A stretch of 64,000 nt of DNA from Malacoraja senta (taxonomy: Eukaryota). Location of the stretch: NCBI GenBank assembly GCA_038087875.1, contig CM075996.1, forward strand, positions 250,001 to 314,000. The letters are read 5' to 3'. Of this stretch, positions 1-12,299 are shown one piece after another; positions within the stretch are counted from its first letter, which is position 1, and every line of letters starts with the position of its first letter. The notes under the pieces were generated by a model. It had not been told where the DNA came from, ran no database searches, and was given only the letters and a program-made list of their open reading frames with translations. The position numbers were made by a program, and so were the translations under genes.

Positions 1-1271
1 GTTGGACAACCCGGTTTCACTTTCTCCACCTGTTCTGGACTCTCATTACCCGGGGACATGGTTTCTTTCAATCTGGCTTTCGACTCTTGGAATGAAATTG
101 GGCTGAACCGTACATAGAACAGTGCAGCAGAGAAACTGCCCTTGGACACGCAACGCCCATGCCCAACATGATGCCAAGTTAAATTAATCTCCTCTGCCTG
201 CACGTGATCCACATCTCCGCATTCCCTACATTTCCATATGCCTGTGTAAAAGCCTCTGTCTGGCATTCATAAGTTTGAGGAGTACAATTAGGCCATTCGG
301 CCTGTCAATTCTACTCCGCCATTCAATCATGGCTGATCTCTCTCCCTCTCCAACCCATTCTCCTCCCTTCTCCCCATAACCCCTGACACCCGTACTGATC
401 TAGAATCTATCTCTGCCTTAAAAATATCCATTGACTTGACCTCCACAGCCTTCTGTGGCAATGAATTCCACACTGCACGTTGGTGACCAGTCTCAATAAC
501 TACTGCCTGGTAGTGTTGCATCCATCGCAATAAAGTGCTTCCAGAGTTTGGTTATGGCATGAATTAACTCCTGCCTCATAAACAACACCCTTGCTAATCA
601 AGAATCTGTCAATCTCCGCCTTAAAAACATCCTTTGACGGTTTGTGGTAGTGAATGCCCTGGGTTGTGTTTCTGAAAGCAGTCCAATTTCTCCATGAGTC
701 AAAAGCATCCATTTTCTACAGTTACCCATTGTATTGCTCTATATACACTTGCTATAATTCTTTAATTTCATTGAATAATGACCCGAACACTAACGATATT
801 TGAACTAGTGGAAATTAATTAATTCAGTCACTAGCGAATACTATAAAACATATTAATTTTACTGTTATTAACTTGAAAAATGCGTTAAAAGTGCACGGGA
901 ACATCTGTGTAAAGTCGGATTTCCATAGGTCAGGTCATTCTTAATCCAGGAGGCCCTCTGTACCTTGTAATGGTTAGACTTTAGACTCCATCTACACTTC
1001 ACGCTGCCTCGGCAAGGCCACCAGCATAATGAAGGATGGGTTTCACCCCAGACACTCCCTCTTCTCACCTCTCCCGTCAGGTGCGAGGTACAGAAGTGTG
1101 AAAACCCACACCTCTAGATTCAGCGACAGCTTTCTCCTGTCTGAAGTAGGGTCTCGCCCCGAAAGGTCACCTATTACCTTTGTCCAAGGATGCTTCTTGT
1201 CCCACTGAGTTACTCCGACATTTTGTGTCTATCTACAGGTTCCTCCCCGATGGCTATTAGTGGACTGCATC

Positions 1272-1675
1272 GACTGGGCTTATATTCACTGGAATTTAGA
1301 AGAACGAGAGGGGATCTTACAGAACATATACAATTCTTAAGGGATTGGACAAGCTAGATGCAGGAAAAAATGTTCCCAATGTTGTGGGTGTCCAGAACCA
1401 GGCGTCACAGTTTAAGAATAAGGGGGAGGCCATTTAGGACTGAGATGAGGAAAATCTTTTTCAGCCAGAGAGTTGTGAATCCGTGGAGTTCTCTGCCACA
1501 GAAGGCAGTGGAGGCCAATTCACTGGATGTATTCAAGGGAGAGTTAGATATAGCTCTTAGGGCTAACGGAATCCAGGGATATGGGGTACTGATTCTGGAT
1601 GATCAGCCATGATCATATTGAATGGCAGTGCTGGCTCGAAGGCCTACTCCTGCACCTATTGTCTATGTTTCTATG
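1272..1675 (+). mobile_element. CR1-clade LINE 3' fragment
   Basis: Same RT C-terminal motifs (ORF 1358-1612) and the same tail. Confidence 0.8.
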
Positions 1676-1989
1676 GATTGGTTTCTTTCATGGTCTGGTA
1701 ATTTCATGGTTAAAACGACCGAAATTAGCTTTTTAAAAAAACAACCTAATTCCAGATTTATTTAATTTCCGGGATTTAAACTCCCAGCTGCTCTGGTGAG
1801 ATTCAAACTAATGTCGCTGGTTCAGAGCTCTGGCTGCCAACTCTACCAGCAAGACTACTTTAGAACACTAGCAGGAACGATTTGGATAACATCGCGGCTA
1901 CGGAGATTTGAACAAGGGAGAATGATTCAGGATGCCATTCCCAAGGAAATAAAGATTGGAACAGGGATGTTACAGATGGAAATAGGCGG

Positions 1990-2260
1990 TTTAGTTTCGT
2001 TTAGTTTAGAGATATAGCGCGGAAACAGGCCCTTTGCCCCACCGCGTCCAACCATCACACACTATGGACAATTTACAGAAACCAATTAACCTACAACCCT
2101 TCACGTCTTCGGGATGTGGGAGGGAACCGGAGCACCCGGAGGAAACCCACGCTGCCAAAGGGAGAACGTGCAAACTCCACACAGGCAGCACTCGTGGTCA
2201 GGATCGAACCCGGGTCTCTGGAGCTGTGAGGCAGCAGCTCTACCGCTGCGCCACCGTGCC
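1990..2260 (-). mobile_element. V-SINE (HE1-like)
   Basis: Reverse-complement copy, head-to-head with the copy at about 2470-2757. Confidence 0.75.
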
Positions 2261-3059
2261 GTCCGAGCAAGAAAGAGTGTTCTCGGGGAGGGCATTAATA
2301 AGCAGTCCAATACTCAACTACAAGATGTCAGATGAATTCTTTTTGCACCATAAACACTCTGTGATTCATCTTCTTCGCAATACTGTTGTCAACGACAATA
2401 AGTCAAATCCTAATAGAGACAATAATCTATACATTACTGCATATATGTACATTATTGTGTACTCTGGTGCTGCCTCACAGCACCAGACACCCAGGATCGA
2501 TTCTGACCTCGGGTACTGTCTGTGTGGAGTTTGCATGCTCTCCCTGTGACCGCCGGATGGTCCAGTTTCCTCCCAGGTTCCAAAGACGTGCGGGTTTGCA
2601 AGTTAATTGGCCTCTATAAAAAAAGAATGGCCCTGGTATGTGAGGAGAGCGGATGACAGGGAATGACTTAGAACTAGCGTGAACGGGTGATTGACGGTTG
2701 GCATGGACTTGGTGGGCAGAAGGGCCTCTTTCCATGCTGTATCTCTAAACTAAACTATACCGATTAGTTTCATACATTACAAGTAACATTCCCATCGTTG
2801 TTGGACACAGAATGTTGGAGTAACTCAGCGGGACAGGCAGCATCTCTGGAGAGAAGGAATGGGTGACGTTTCGGTCCGAGACCCTTCTTCTTGACCCATT
2901 CCTTCTCTCCAGAAATGCTGCCTGTCCCGCTGAGCTACTCCAGCATTCTGTGTCGATCTTTGGTTTAAACCAGCATCTGCAGTTCCTTCATACACATTGC
3001 CATCATTGTGTTCGAATGACCCTGGCACCAGGAACCTCCGAAAGTCCAGCATCCTTCTA

Positions 3060-3745
3060 ATATCTCAGCGCTCTCCCTTTCTGTGCCTCTAGCCCAACTC
3101 TGCCCGCCTTTGCTATACCATCGGTGGCTGTACCACCAGCTGCCAGTATCCGTGGCAGAAGTTCACTTGCACCTCCTCCAACCTCAGCTGCTGTATCCGC
3201 TGTTCCAGGTGTGGACCAAAGCGCAGGCTCGGCGATCGTTTCGCTGAACACCTCCGCTCAGTCTGCCTAAACCTATCCGATCTCCCGTTTGCTCAACGCT
3301 TTAACTCCCCCTCCCATTCCCACACTGACCTTTCTGTCCTGGGCCTCCTCCATTGTCAGAGTGAGGCCCAGCGCAAATTGGAGGAACAGCACCTCATATT
3401 TCGCTTGGACCCCAGCTGTATGAACATTGACTTCCCTAACTTCCAGTAACCCTTGCTTTCCCTCTCTCTCCGTCCCTCCCCCACCCTAGTTCTCCGACTA
3501 GTTTCACTGTCTCCAGATTAATTTTACTGATTGTCACCTTCCCCATAGCTAACAATGAACCAATCTTCATCTCCTTGGTTCGTCTGCTTTGATCTGTCCT
3601 TTTCACACCTTACCCTCCCATATCTCTAGTCTCCCTCTCCCCAGACTCTCAGTCTGAGGAAGGGTCTCGACCCAAAACGTCACCCATTTCTTCTATCCAG
3701 AGATGCTGCCCATCCCGCTGAGTTACTCCAGCATTTTGTGTCCAT
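3060..3745 (+). mobile_element. Penelope-like element 3' fragment (decayed GIY-YIG, UTR, hammerhead-like end)
   Basis: 3160-3445 is homologous to the GIY-YIG-coding stretch at 24790-25110; degenerate hammerhead core at 3654. Confidence 0.75.
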
Positions 3746-4234
3746 CCCAAGAGTTGGATTTACCTCTGTGGACTCTTCCGTCCATTAATCCCTGCTTTAG
3801 TGACCAAGCTTTTGGGCCTCTGGCCCTACTATCTCCTGATCATGACGGCAGCACTGGTCTTGTCAAAGGTGTCAGCTTTGGAGTGAGATGCTATGACTGC
3901 TGGGTAGGCCCGACTCTGCCGCTGGAGACCAGGGTCCCAGCGGGAGGGACGGTAAGCAGACCGGTTGCGGCAGGGAGGGAGGGGGGGGAGTGCATTGACG
4001 GGGCAATTGTTTACACGGAGTACCGTGACGGTGAGGAGCCGAGCCCGTGGACCGGTCGCGGCCAACAGCGGCGGAGGACACCAATGGCTACGCTTGGCCA
4101 GGCCGACCCTGCAACGTCGCCATGGCAACGGGCTTTCATGGCCAGGCCATGAACCCTGCCCTCACAACAACTGGGACTTGAAAACGGCGCCAAACTGGCG
4201 ACCCTCTATACTGTTTAGGAAAGTCTACTGTATA

Positions 4235-4262
4235 CTGAAGAAGGGTCTCGGCCCGAAACGTC
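4235..4262 (+). ncRNA. Minimal hammerhead ribozyme core
   Basis: CTGAAGAAGGGTCTCGGCCCGAAACGTC. Confidence 0.6.
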
Positions 4263-4407
4263 ACCCATTCCTTCTCTCCAGAGATGCTGCCTGTCCCGCC
4301 CAGTTACTCCAGCATTTTGTGTCTCTCTTCCGACTGTACACGGTCTCAGTGTACTACTGCCGTACACTTGCACTGTTATCTGAGATGCTTATCTATGATG
4401 TATCTAA

Positions 4408-4636
4408 AGGGCCTGTCCCACTTGGCCATGAGTTGCGAGTAATTTACGAGACATCAATTACGCATCACGACGCACGACTCGTGACACGCTCATGATGCCT
4501 GCATGGTGCGCATTACGCGCGCATGGCACGTGATGACATAGGCAGTGCCGCGCAGCCGCGCAGGATTTTGTGATGTACAAAATCTTCGTGCGCCATCTGC
4601 GTGACGGGCAAATGACGGCCAAGTGGGACAGGCCCT
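4408..4636. mobile_element. PIF/Harbinger-type MITE
   Basis: TIR AGGGCCTGTCCCACTTGGCC, TSD TAA. Confidence 0.85.
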
Positions 4637-4729
4637 TAAGTGCTTGTGTATAGTGATACTTGTACTGAACTGTTACACAGGAATGAATTTCACTGCACAC
4701 GTGACGAACAAAGGTGCCAGGCCACACCT

Positions 4730-4985
4730 AAACTGAGGTTCTCACTGCCCTTGAAGAAGGAGACTCTAAAACCCCCACAGCCACCATTTTGAGGAGGAGT
4801 GCAGGGGCTATCCCCACCACACTCACCTCCAGGGCCAATAGTTAACCCTCAGCCAACATCACACCAGCACATCGTTTGGCCAAGCTTAGATCGTCTGTGG
4901 GAGCTGTCTTGAGTGAAAATCGGCCAACATTACAGTAACAACTACACGGTACAAAGAATTTCACTGGCTGCGAACCTCGTTGAAA
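4730..4985 (+). mobile_element. Decayed DeuSINE-like fragment
   Basis: TTTTGAGGAGGAGTGCAGGGG..GGCCAATAGTTAACCCTCA..CATTACAGTAACAACTACAC..TTCACTGGCTG resemble the Deu-domain SINE 3' half. Confidence 0.4.
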
Positions 4986-5177
4986 GAGATAGAAAAGATG
5001 TTACAGAAACACTGCAGGTGCCAGTTCACAACTGAGGGACACTGAGTGCAGGAGTAACCCACCCAGCGGGTCAGGCGGCAACTCTGGAGAACAGGGATAG
5101 GTGCCACCTCAGGTCGGGACCCTTCTTCAGATGGACTGGGAAAAGGTCCCGAAGTGAAATGCCATCTTCTCCAGAGA

Positions 5178-5485
5178 AGGTAGACAAAAATGCTGGAGAA
5201 TCTCAGCGGGTGAGGCAGCATCTATGGAGCAAAGGGATAGGTGACGTTTCGGGTCGAGACCCTTCTTCAGACTGATGTGGAGGTGGGGGGGGGGAGGAAG
5301 AAGAAAGGAAGAGGCGGAGACTGTAGGCTGTGGGAGAGCTGGGAAGGGGAGAAAGTAAGGACTACCTGAAATTGGAGAAGTCCATGTTCATACCGCTGGG
5401 GTGTAAACTGCCCAAGCAAAATATGAGGTGCTGCTCCTCCAATTTGGGGTGGGACTCACTCTGGCCATGGAGGAGGCCCAGGACA
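5178..5485 (-). mobile_element. Penelope-like 3' fragment
   Basis: Reverse complement of the GIY-YIG end, UTR and hammerhead end. Confidence 0.7.
5243..5270 (-). ncRNA. Minimal hammerhead ribozyme core
   Basis: Reverse complement reads CTGAAGAAGGGTCTCGACCCGAAACGTC. Confidence 0.6.
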
Positions 5486-7057
5486 TCTCCAGAGAGGTCA
5501 CCTGACCCGCTGGGTTACTCCTACACTTTGGAGTCCTTTACAAAAAACACGAGTCTTTCTGTTGGAAAGGTGTCTTTTCAGAGCGGCACCTGGACAGAGA
5601 GAAGCAAGACCGGGCTCTTTGGGCATACTTGGCAGTACCCCGTACAAAATGAACCCCTCTGGGCCCCAAACGGCCCAATGCAGACCCCAGGAAAGATGAA
5701 AAGCAGTCCTCTTCTAATCCGTCAGCGCTTGGCAAAATTAAAATCTAAAACCTCGCTTCTTGCCACTGCGAACACCCAAGTCTGAACATTATCACCCAGA
5801 GAGCTGCAAAAGGTTCCAAAAATTACAGGCTTGACATATTTTAATATATTATTTCTGTATAAATATTACATTTGGTATATCTGGAAGAATAAGTCTGATT
5901 TGGCACATGCCAAATATTCAAAGCATGCACTTAAATAAATAGTGAATAAAATAAATGCTTTAAAAAAATAATATTTTGTATGAACACTTCTTTGAAGCAA
6001 ACTCTCTCAAAATCCTACGGCAGGAACTGTTTCCAGCAGGCCCAGGTGGTGCAGATGTCCTCTAGTGGAACCCAGATAGTTCCAATGAGATCCCTGGAGC
6101 TTATTTTGAAGATCTTGACACCCATCTTCTCCTGCCTTTACACAACCTGCCATGCACACCAGCTTCCTTGTTCATTGGCCATTATCTGCAGTTAAGGAAG
6201 GAACTGCAGATGCTGGTTTAAACCGAAGATAGACACAAAGTGCTGGAGTAACTCAGCGGGACAGGCAGCATCTCTGGAGGGAAGGAATGGGTGACGTTAC
6301 TGGAGTCTGAAAAAAAGGTCTCGACCCGAAAAGTCACCCATTCCCTCCTCTCCGGAGATGCTGCCCGTCCCGCTGAGTTACTCCAGCACTTTGTGTCTAT
6401 CTGAAGTCAAGGCCTAGGCTGTTCCCTGTTGAGGAACAGGGGGGCTAATTCGAGCCATTTCTCACCCCCCCCCCTATCCTTGTATTCCCTCCCTCCCCCA
6501 CTTTCACAAACTCGGAGAGAGGGGCGGGGTGGGAGATTGCAACCTACACGTGGGCCGCCCTGTTTCGACGAATGCAATCAACCCGGCGTGCACAAACAAA
6601 TAAGATCAAATAGAACAAGTTGCCCTACAACTTTAGGCTGTGCACGCCATACACAAGAAGGAGAGAGGGGTGGGGTGGAAACTGCAGAGTTCTCTCCTGC
6701 AACCCGCACACCACACACACCACGTTCACACCATTTTGGATCTTAGCGACTGCTTTGTCAAGTAGCGTTACATTCTTTGTTGAGTTTGGAAGTCGAGAGG
6801 AGAACGAAACTGAAAGAGAGAGAGTGTGAGAGAATGTTTTTGCAAGCTAGGCTTGGCGGGTCACCGCCCCTCCACCCACCCACACCGAGAGAGTTGAGTC
6901 ACGGCAACCTCTCCCTTCGTCCTTTTGAGGTTGGCACAAACAGCATTGGGATAGCCGGACTGTGTAACTCGTACACCAATGGGGGGGGGGTCGACCAGTT
7001 TTGCTTGTTGACAGAAACACACACAGACACGCAGGCGCCCGCTTGCTGTTGTCAAAC

Positions 7058-7682
7058 TCATCTCTTCTTCTTCTGAGCTGTGGCAGCGTGGCAGCCCTGC
7101 CCGTGTGCATCCTCGATGCCCTCTGTCCCTGCCCCCTGGTCGGGACACCCACCTTGTAGAGGACTGGTGCCAGGGTGGCCGGTCCCGCACAGCTCCGACA
7201 CCCAGGACGGGGCCGTCAAGAAGCCTCGCCGGTCGATGCGGTAGAACTGCTTGGCCGCGTCCAGAGCGCCCGTGCTGTGGCACTTCTTGGCCGGGGTGGG
7301 CGGCGAGGGAGACGAGGGGGAGAAGAGGGAGGTGAGGGAGAGGCTGCTGAGGGTCTCCGACTGCTCGCTGTTGGTTCTCAGCGAGGGGCCACCCTTCCTC
7401 GTCCGACGGCTCGATGGAGTCCCGGTACGGGCACCCCGGGCTGGTGCTGCCGCCGCTGCTCTGGCTGCGGTTGTGGCCCCTGGTCTTCCGGAGCCCCGGG
7501 CCCCGCCAGCGCCGGGCGCCGTTCTTCCCGGGGGGAGGCAGAAAAGCGGGAGTGGTTCTCCGGGGGGCCGGGGGGACGGGCGGCGGGGTCGGGGGTGAGC
7601 CGCCGAGTCCCAGGCTGTCCTCCAGCATGGCGTGCAGGCTGTCCACTGACTCGTCACTGAGCGAGGCGTCACACACCGCCAC
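7058..7682 (-). CDS. CACNA1I: Terminal coding exon of the channel (distal C-terminus), with an apparent +1 frameshift near 7385-7394
   Basis: TTTCCCCCATCAG acceptor at 7683. Frame A gives LEDSL..RSQSSGGSTSPGC..DSIEPSDEEG; frame B gives SEQSETLSSLSLTSLF..TPAKK..QKKKR-TGA (stop 7058-7060). Both motif sets resemble the Cav3.3 tail. Acceptor-to-stop length is 625 = 3x208+1. Confidence 0.8.
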
Positions 7683-7765
7683 CTGATGGGGGAAACATAA
7701 ACCTCGCATCAGTCCGAAGAAGGGACTCCACCCGAAACGTCACCCATTGCAAAACGCTGGAGTAA

Positions 7766-8069
7766 AGCCCCTTGTCCAACTTTCCCGAGTTACTCACGAA
7801 TTCTCCCGAGTTTTCCCCTTGATTCAAACTCGGAGAATGTCCGTAGCGAGTCCGTGGGAGTCTGTAGATATTTCGTAGCGGCTCGTTATGCCAGACGTAG
7901 GTACTCGGGCCTACCTTTCTTAAGTCGGGACGTTTTTTTCAGCATGATTGAAAAATGTCCACGAGTAAAAAAAAAAGCCCCGCGTACCTAAGGCCGGCAT
8001 CTCCGCGTTTGAATCAAGGGGAAAACTCGGGAGAATCCGTGAGTAACTCGGGAAAGTGGGACAGGGGCT
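7766..8069. mobile_element. PIF/Harbinger-type MITE
   Basis: Same TIR family extended by TCCCGAGTTACTCACG; TSD TAA; inserted in the GGAGTAACTCAG site of a PLE end. Confidence 0.85.
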
Positions 8070-8847
8070 TAACTCAGCGGGACAGGCAGCATCTCTGGGA
8101 TAGAAGGCATGGGTGACGTTTCGGGTCAGACCTTTCTTCAGTCTTGACCATCACCCATTCCTACTCTCCAGAGATGCTGCCTGTCCCGCTGAGTCACTCC
8201 TGCATTTTGTGTCTATCTTTGGTGTAATCCAGCATCTGCAGTTCCTTCCGACAGATTAATTTTACTGACTGTATGCCGTGTTGTCCCCTCAGCCGACAGT
8301 GAAGCATTCTACATTTTCTTGATCATCGTCTGCTTTGATCTGTCCTTTTCCCACTGTTCCCTTCCATATCTCTCGTTTCCCTCTCCCCTGACTCTCAGTC
8401 TGAAGAGGGGGTCTCGACCCGAAACGTCACCCATTCCTTTTTTCCAGAGATGCTGCCTGACTTTGTGTCTATCTTCGGTATGAACGTTGACTTCTCTAAT
8501 TTCGTCACCCCTTCATTCCCAGTCTCTCTCCCCTCCCCATCCTGGTGGTCCTACTAGTTTCACTGTTCGCATCCCTTCGTTATCACCTCTTCCCCAGCCA
8601 ACAATGGGCCATTGTGGGCTCCAGCCTTCCTTGGTCATCTGTTGCCGGCCCCTGATTTGTTCTGGCCTTTTTCTACCTCCAGTTCTCCCCCCAACCCATA
8701 CTTTCAGTCTGAGGAAAGTTCCATCCCAAAACATCACCTGTTCCTTCTCTCCAGAGATGCTGCCTGACGCGCTAAGCTGCTTCAGCACTTTGTTTCCATC
8801 TTTGGTTATAAACCAGCATCTGCAGTTCCTTCCGACAAAGGGATTTC

Positions 8848-9047
8848 NNNNNNNNNNNNNNNNNNNNNNNNNNNNNNNNNNNNNNNNNNNNNNNNNNNNN
8901 NNNNNNNNNNNNNNNNNNNNNNNNNNNNNNNNNNNNNNNNNNNNNNNNNNNNNNNNNNNNNNNNNNNNNNNNNNNNNNNNNNNNNNNNNNNNNNNNNNNN
9001 NNNNNNNNNNNNNNNNNNNNNNNNNNNNNNNNNNNNNNNNNNNNNNN
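8848..9047. other. Assembly gap (200 N)
   Basis: Run of exactly 200 N; the round number suggests a placeholder of unknown true size. Confidence 0.99.
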
Positions 9048-9139
9048 AACAGGCCCGTCGGCCGTCCGCGTCCGCGCCGACCAGCGATCAGCCCGTACAC
9101 TAGATCTATCTTACAGATAGACACAAAAAGCTGGAGTAA

Positions 9140-9458
9140 AGGCCCTGTCCCACTTTCCCGAGTTACTCACGAACTCTCCCGAGTTGTCCCCTTGACTCGA
9201 ACTCGGAGAATTACGGTAATAGCCGTTCGTAGGTACTCGGGGCTATTTTTTTTAAACTCGTGGACATTTTTCAACGTTGAAAAAACGTCCCGACTTACCT
9301 GATGCCCCGAGTTCCTACGGCTGGCATTACGAGCCGCTACGGAACATCTACAGACTCCTGCGGGCTCGCTACCGACATCCCCCGACATTCCCCAAGTTCG
9401 AATCAAGGGGAAAACTCGGGAGAGTTCGTGAATAACTCGGGAAAGTGGGACAGGGCCT
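9140..9458. mobile_element. PIF/Harbinger-type MITE
   Basis: TIR AGGCCCTGTCCCACTTTCCCGAGTTA, flanked by TAA/TTA. Confidence 0.85.
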
Positions 9459-9751
9459 TTAGCCAGCAGGAAAGGCAGCATCTCTGGAGAGAAGGAATGT
9501 GTGACGTTTCGGGGTCTCCGGCGCTGTAGGACAGCAACTCTACCGCCGTGCCACCGTGCCGCCCTGAATCATTGCTGTAAGCTGGATCCAATATAAATGC
9601 AATATAAATCCAATCCAATGTAATCAAATAAATATCTATATCCAATGTAATCATTGGGGTAAAGCTGCCGTTTTACCAACGGAGAACAAGCGGTGATGCC
9701 CTCCGCAGTTAAAGAGCTGCCTTGATTTTAACCATTCCTTTCTCCCGTTAC

Positions 9752-9841
9752 CTGCTGATCAATGGACACGGCGTCCAGCCCGTGGTACATGATGTTGACC
9801 CAGCCATCTTTCGAAGCCAGCACAAAGAGAGACATCAGAGC
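9752..9841 (-). CDS. CACNA1I: T-type Ca2+ channel exon, domain III pore loop
   Basis: 90-bp exon, ACAG acceptor, GTAACG donor. Encodes [35 protein letters not shown] holds the domain-III Asp of the T-type EEDD filter. Confidence 0.94.
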
Positions 9842-10016
9842 CTGTTGTTGGGAGACACAGACACTGCTTTCAAAATGAGAAATAGACTGCTACAAGCTTG
9901 ACAGATCACAGCACTGCCTGGAGTAACGTCTGACCTGCTAACTAGGCCCCATGCACCTGGCATCCACTCTTACTAAAGAGTTCATATTGTTCATATATAT
10001 TGTTTATATAAGTTCA

Positions 10017-10167
10017 CATTAATCACATTAAGAGGTATATCAGTGTATATTGATCACTATGGGTTGTATATCAGTGTATATTGATCACTATGGGTTGTAT
10101 ATCAGTGTATATTGATCACTATGGGTTGTATATCAGTGTATATTGTTCACTAGGGGAGGTATATCAT
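10017..10167 (+). repeat. 31-bp minisatellite, block 1
   Basis: ATATCAGTGTATATTGATCACTATGGGTTGT, about 4.5 units. Confidence 0.9.
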
Positions 10168-10172
10168 GTCAT

Positions 10173-10804
10173 TGTGGCAGCTCCCAAGGGTCCGGCCATT
10201 CCCACTATCAAACCCCTCGGCACGGGATGGATGAGTCTGGACGCGGCCATTAGCTGGAGGGATAAAGCAAAGACCCTACAGGAAGCAAGATAGATCAGTC
10301 GACGAAAAAGACGTAGTACGGTCATGGGCAGATTCATGGGTAATTTTCGGCCCCATTTCCGTAACCGGCTTCCTTCTCCGCCCCAAAGATCCCATAGCGG
10401 AGCAAAGATAACTAGTGCGGAGATGGAAGCCGGTTACGGAAACATCCTCGTAAAAATAAAAGTTATTTGGGAAAAATCTTCTCCTCATTTTCAGAATTAT
10501 AATTTATTAACACAAACTGTTCCCCCGCAACGTTGATTACACTGCGGGTCGGGTCGGGTCCGGTTACTGAAATGGATGAAAAAAAGGCCCACGTTCCGCT
10601 CCGTTGCGTACTACACGTTAGCCCATTGCATTTAGAAGGAGTGGTCTATCTTGCTCCGCTATAGGATCTTTGGGATAAAGAGCAGGGGTTTAGGTGCCAT
10701 CTTCCTCTAGCAGACTCTTCTGGTAAGGAGAAGGACCGCTATTAAAAATACCTCCTGAAGCACCTGGCTCCTCGCCTTCATTTCGGGATTGTCATTGCAC
10801 TACA
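10173..10804 (+). mobile_element. Solo LTR interrupted by the hAT MITE
   Basis: TGTGG...CTACA termini, perfect 4-bp TSD TCAT, ATTAAA at 10741. Confidence 0.7.
10268..10672. mobile_element. hAT-type MITE
   Basis: TIR CAAAGA(T/C)CCTA..GCAAGATAGA, perfect 8-bp TSD GGATAAAG; internal TIR-like copy at about 10384. Confidence 0.88.
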
Positions 10805-11168
10805 TCATAAGTGATAGGAGCAGAATTAGGCCATTCAGCCCATCAAGTCTACTCCGCCATGGCTGATCTATCTCTCCCTCTCAATCCCATTCTCCTGCTT
10901 TCTCCCCATAACCTCTGACACCCGTACTGATCAATAATCTATTCATCTCTGTCTTGAAACTATCCACTAACTTGGCCTCCACAGCCTATGGTGGCAAAGA
11001 ATTCCACAGATTCACCACCCTTTGTCTAAAGAAATTGCTCCTCATCCCCTTCCTAAAGGATCGTCCTTTAATTCTGAGGCTGTGGACTTTAGTCCTAGAC
11101 TCTCCCACGGATGGGAACATCCTCTCCACACCCACTCCATCCAAGCCTTTCATTATTTAGTAAGTTTG

Positions 11169-11322
11169 GTATACTGATCACAATGGGAGTTATATCAGTG
11201 TATATTGATCACTTTGGGTTGTATATCAGTGTATACTGATCACAATGGGTGGCATATCAGTGTATATTGATCACTATGGGAGGTATATCATTGCATATTG
11301 ATTACAATGACTGGTATATTCA
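11169..11322 (+). repeat. 31-bp minisatellite, block 2
   Basis: About 5 diverged units of the same repeat. Confidence 0.85.
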
Positions 11323-11541
11323 TGTTGATAAGCTTTGAAATAGTTTGTTTGTGAATATTTAGATGATCATGCAAATCAATTTGTTTTCCAAACGTGGCAC
11401 TACACATCTCCAGTTACAATTTTTGCCACCAGTATTTGGTTGATGAATATTCTGATACAGGATCAAAATTAGGCCATTCGGCCCATCGAGTCTACTCCGC
11501 CATTCAATCGTACTTTCCCACTTAACCCCAATTCTCCTGCC

Positions 11542-12299
11542 TGTGAAAACTCAGGTACAAATGTACTGTCTGTGCTCAATACAATTGAGTGGGACCGTGA
11601 AGGACAAGAAGTATGTAGCCATACTCGCGGTAGCTCTCCCACTCCCGCATGAGTAATAAAGAGGAATTGGTTCATTCTTAAGGGGCTGTCCCACTTGGGC
11701 GACCTAATCCGCGAGTTCTGGCGAGTTTGCCCTCGACTCATACTCACAGCATGGTCGACACAAGGTCGTAGGAGGTCTTTGTAACTCTCCTTCATGCTCG
11801 AGAGTAGTCCCCGTGTACTCGAGGCCTCAGCTAGGTCGCGGTGTTTCTTTCAACATGTTGAAAAATGCCCGCGGGTAAAAAAAAGGTCGCCATGGAAAAA
11901 ATGGATTTTCACTCATAGGTTTAGTCATAGTAGGTCATAGTAGGTCGGCGTGTTAGTCGTAGGTAATCGAGGGTAGTCGAAGATAGTCGAAGGTAGTCGT
12001 AGATAGTCTTCATCATAGTCGAGGGAGGTCGAAGGAGATCGAAGGAGGTCGTCTTCACTCTCCACTATTCGGTGTCCAATTTTCCCGAAGTTAGTCGTAG
12101 CTAGTCGTAGCTATTCGAAGCTGGTCTTCAACATAGTCGAAGGAGGTCGAAGGAGGTCTTCCACATAGTTGAAGGAGGTCTTCAACATGTCATTTTTTCA
12201 AACTCTTCTAAAGTCGGCAATTAGGTCGCCCAAGTGGGACAGCCCCTTTAAGGTGACTAATGTGGTTTGTTGTCTGATAGTGTGGATAGAACTTTAACA
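11542..12299 (+). mobile_element. Possible solo LTR interrupted by a Harbinger MITE
   Basis: TGTGAAA...TTTAACA termini and an internal AATAAA, but no TSD. Confidence 0.35.
11681..12247. mobile_element. PIF/Harbinger-type MITE with GTCG(T/A)AG-rich interior
   Basis: TIR AGGGGCTGTCCCACTTGGGCGACCTAAT, TSD TTA; opposite-orientation relative at 50951-51437. Confidence 0.88.

Noticed and set aside
5840..5845. ATTAAA on minus as the channel poly(A) signal
   Set aside because: Plausible position in an AT-rich stretch 1.2 kb past the stop, but cannot be distinguished from chance without 3'-end data.
7105..7686. Several plus-strand ORFs of 76-161 aa
   Set aside because: Antisense shadows of the GC-rich terminal exon.
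8487..9302. 271-aa and 203-aa ORFs
   Set aside because: They span the N gap and repeat sequence.
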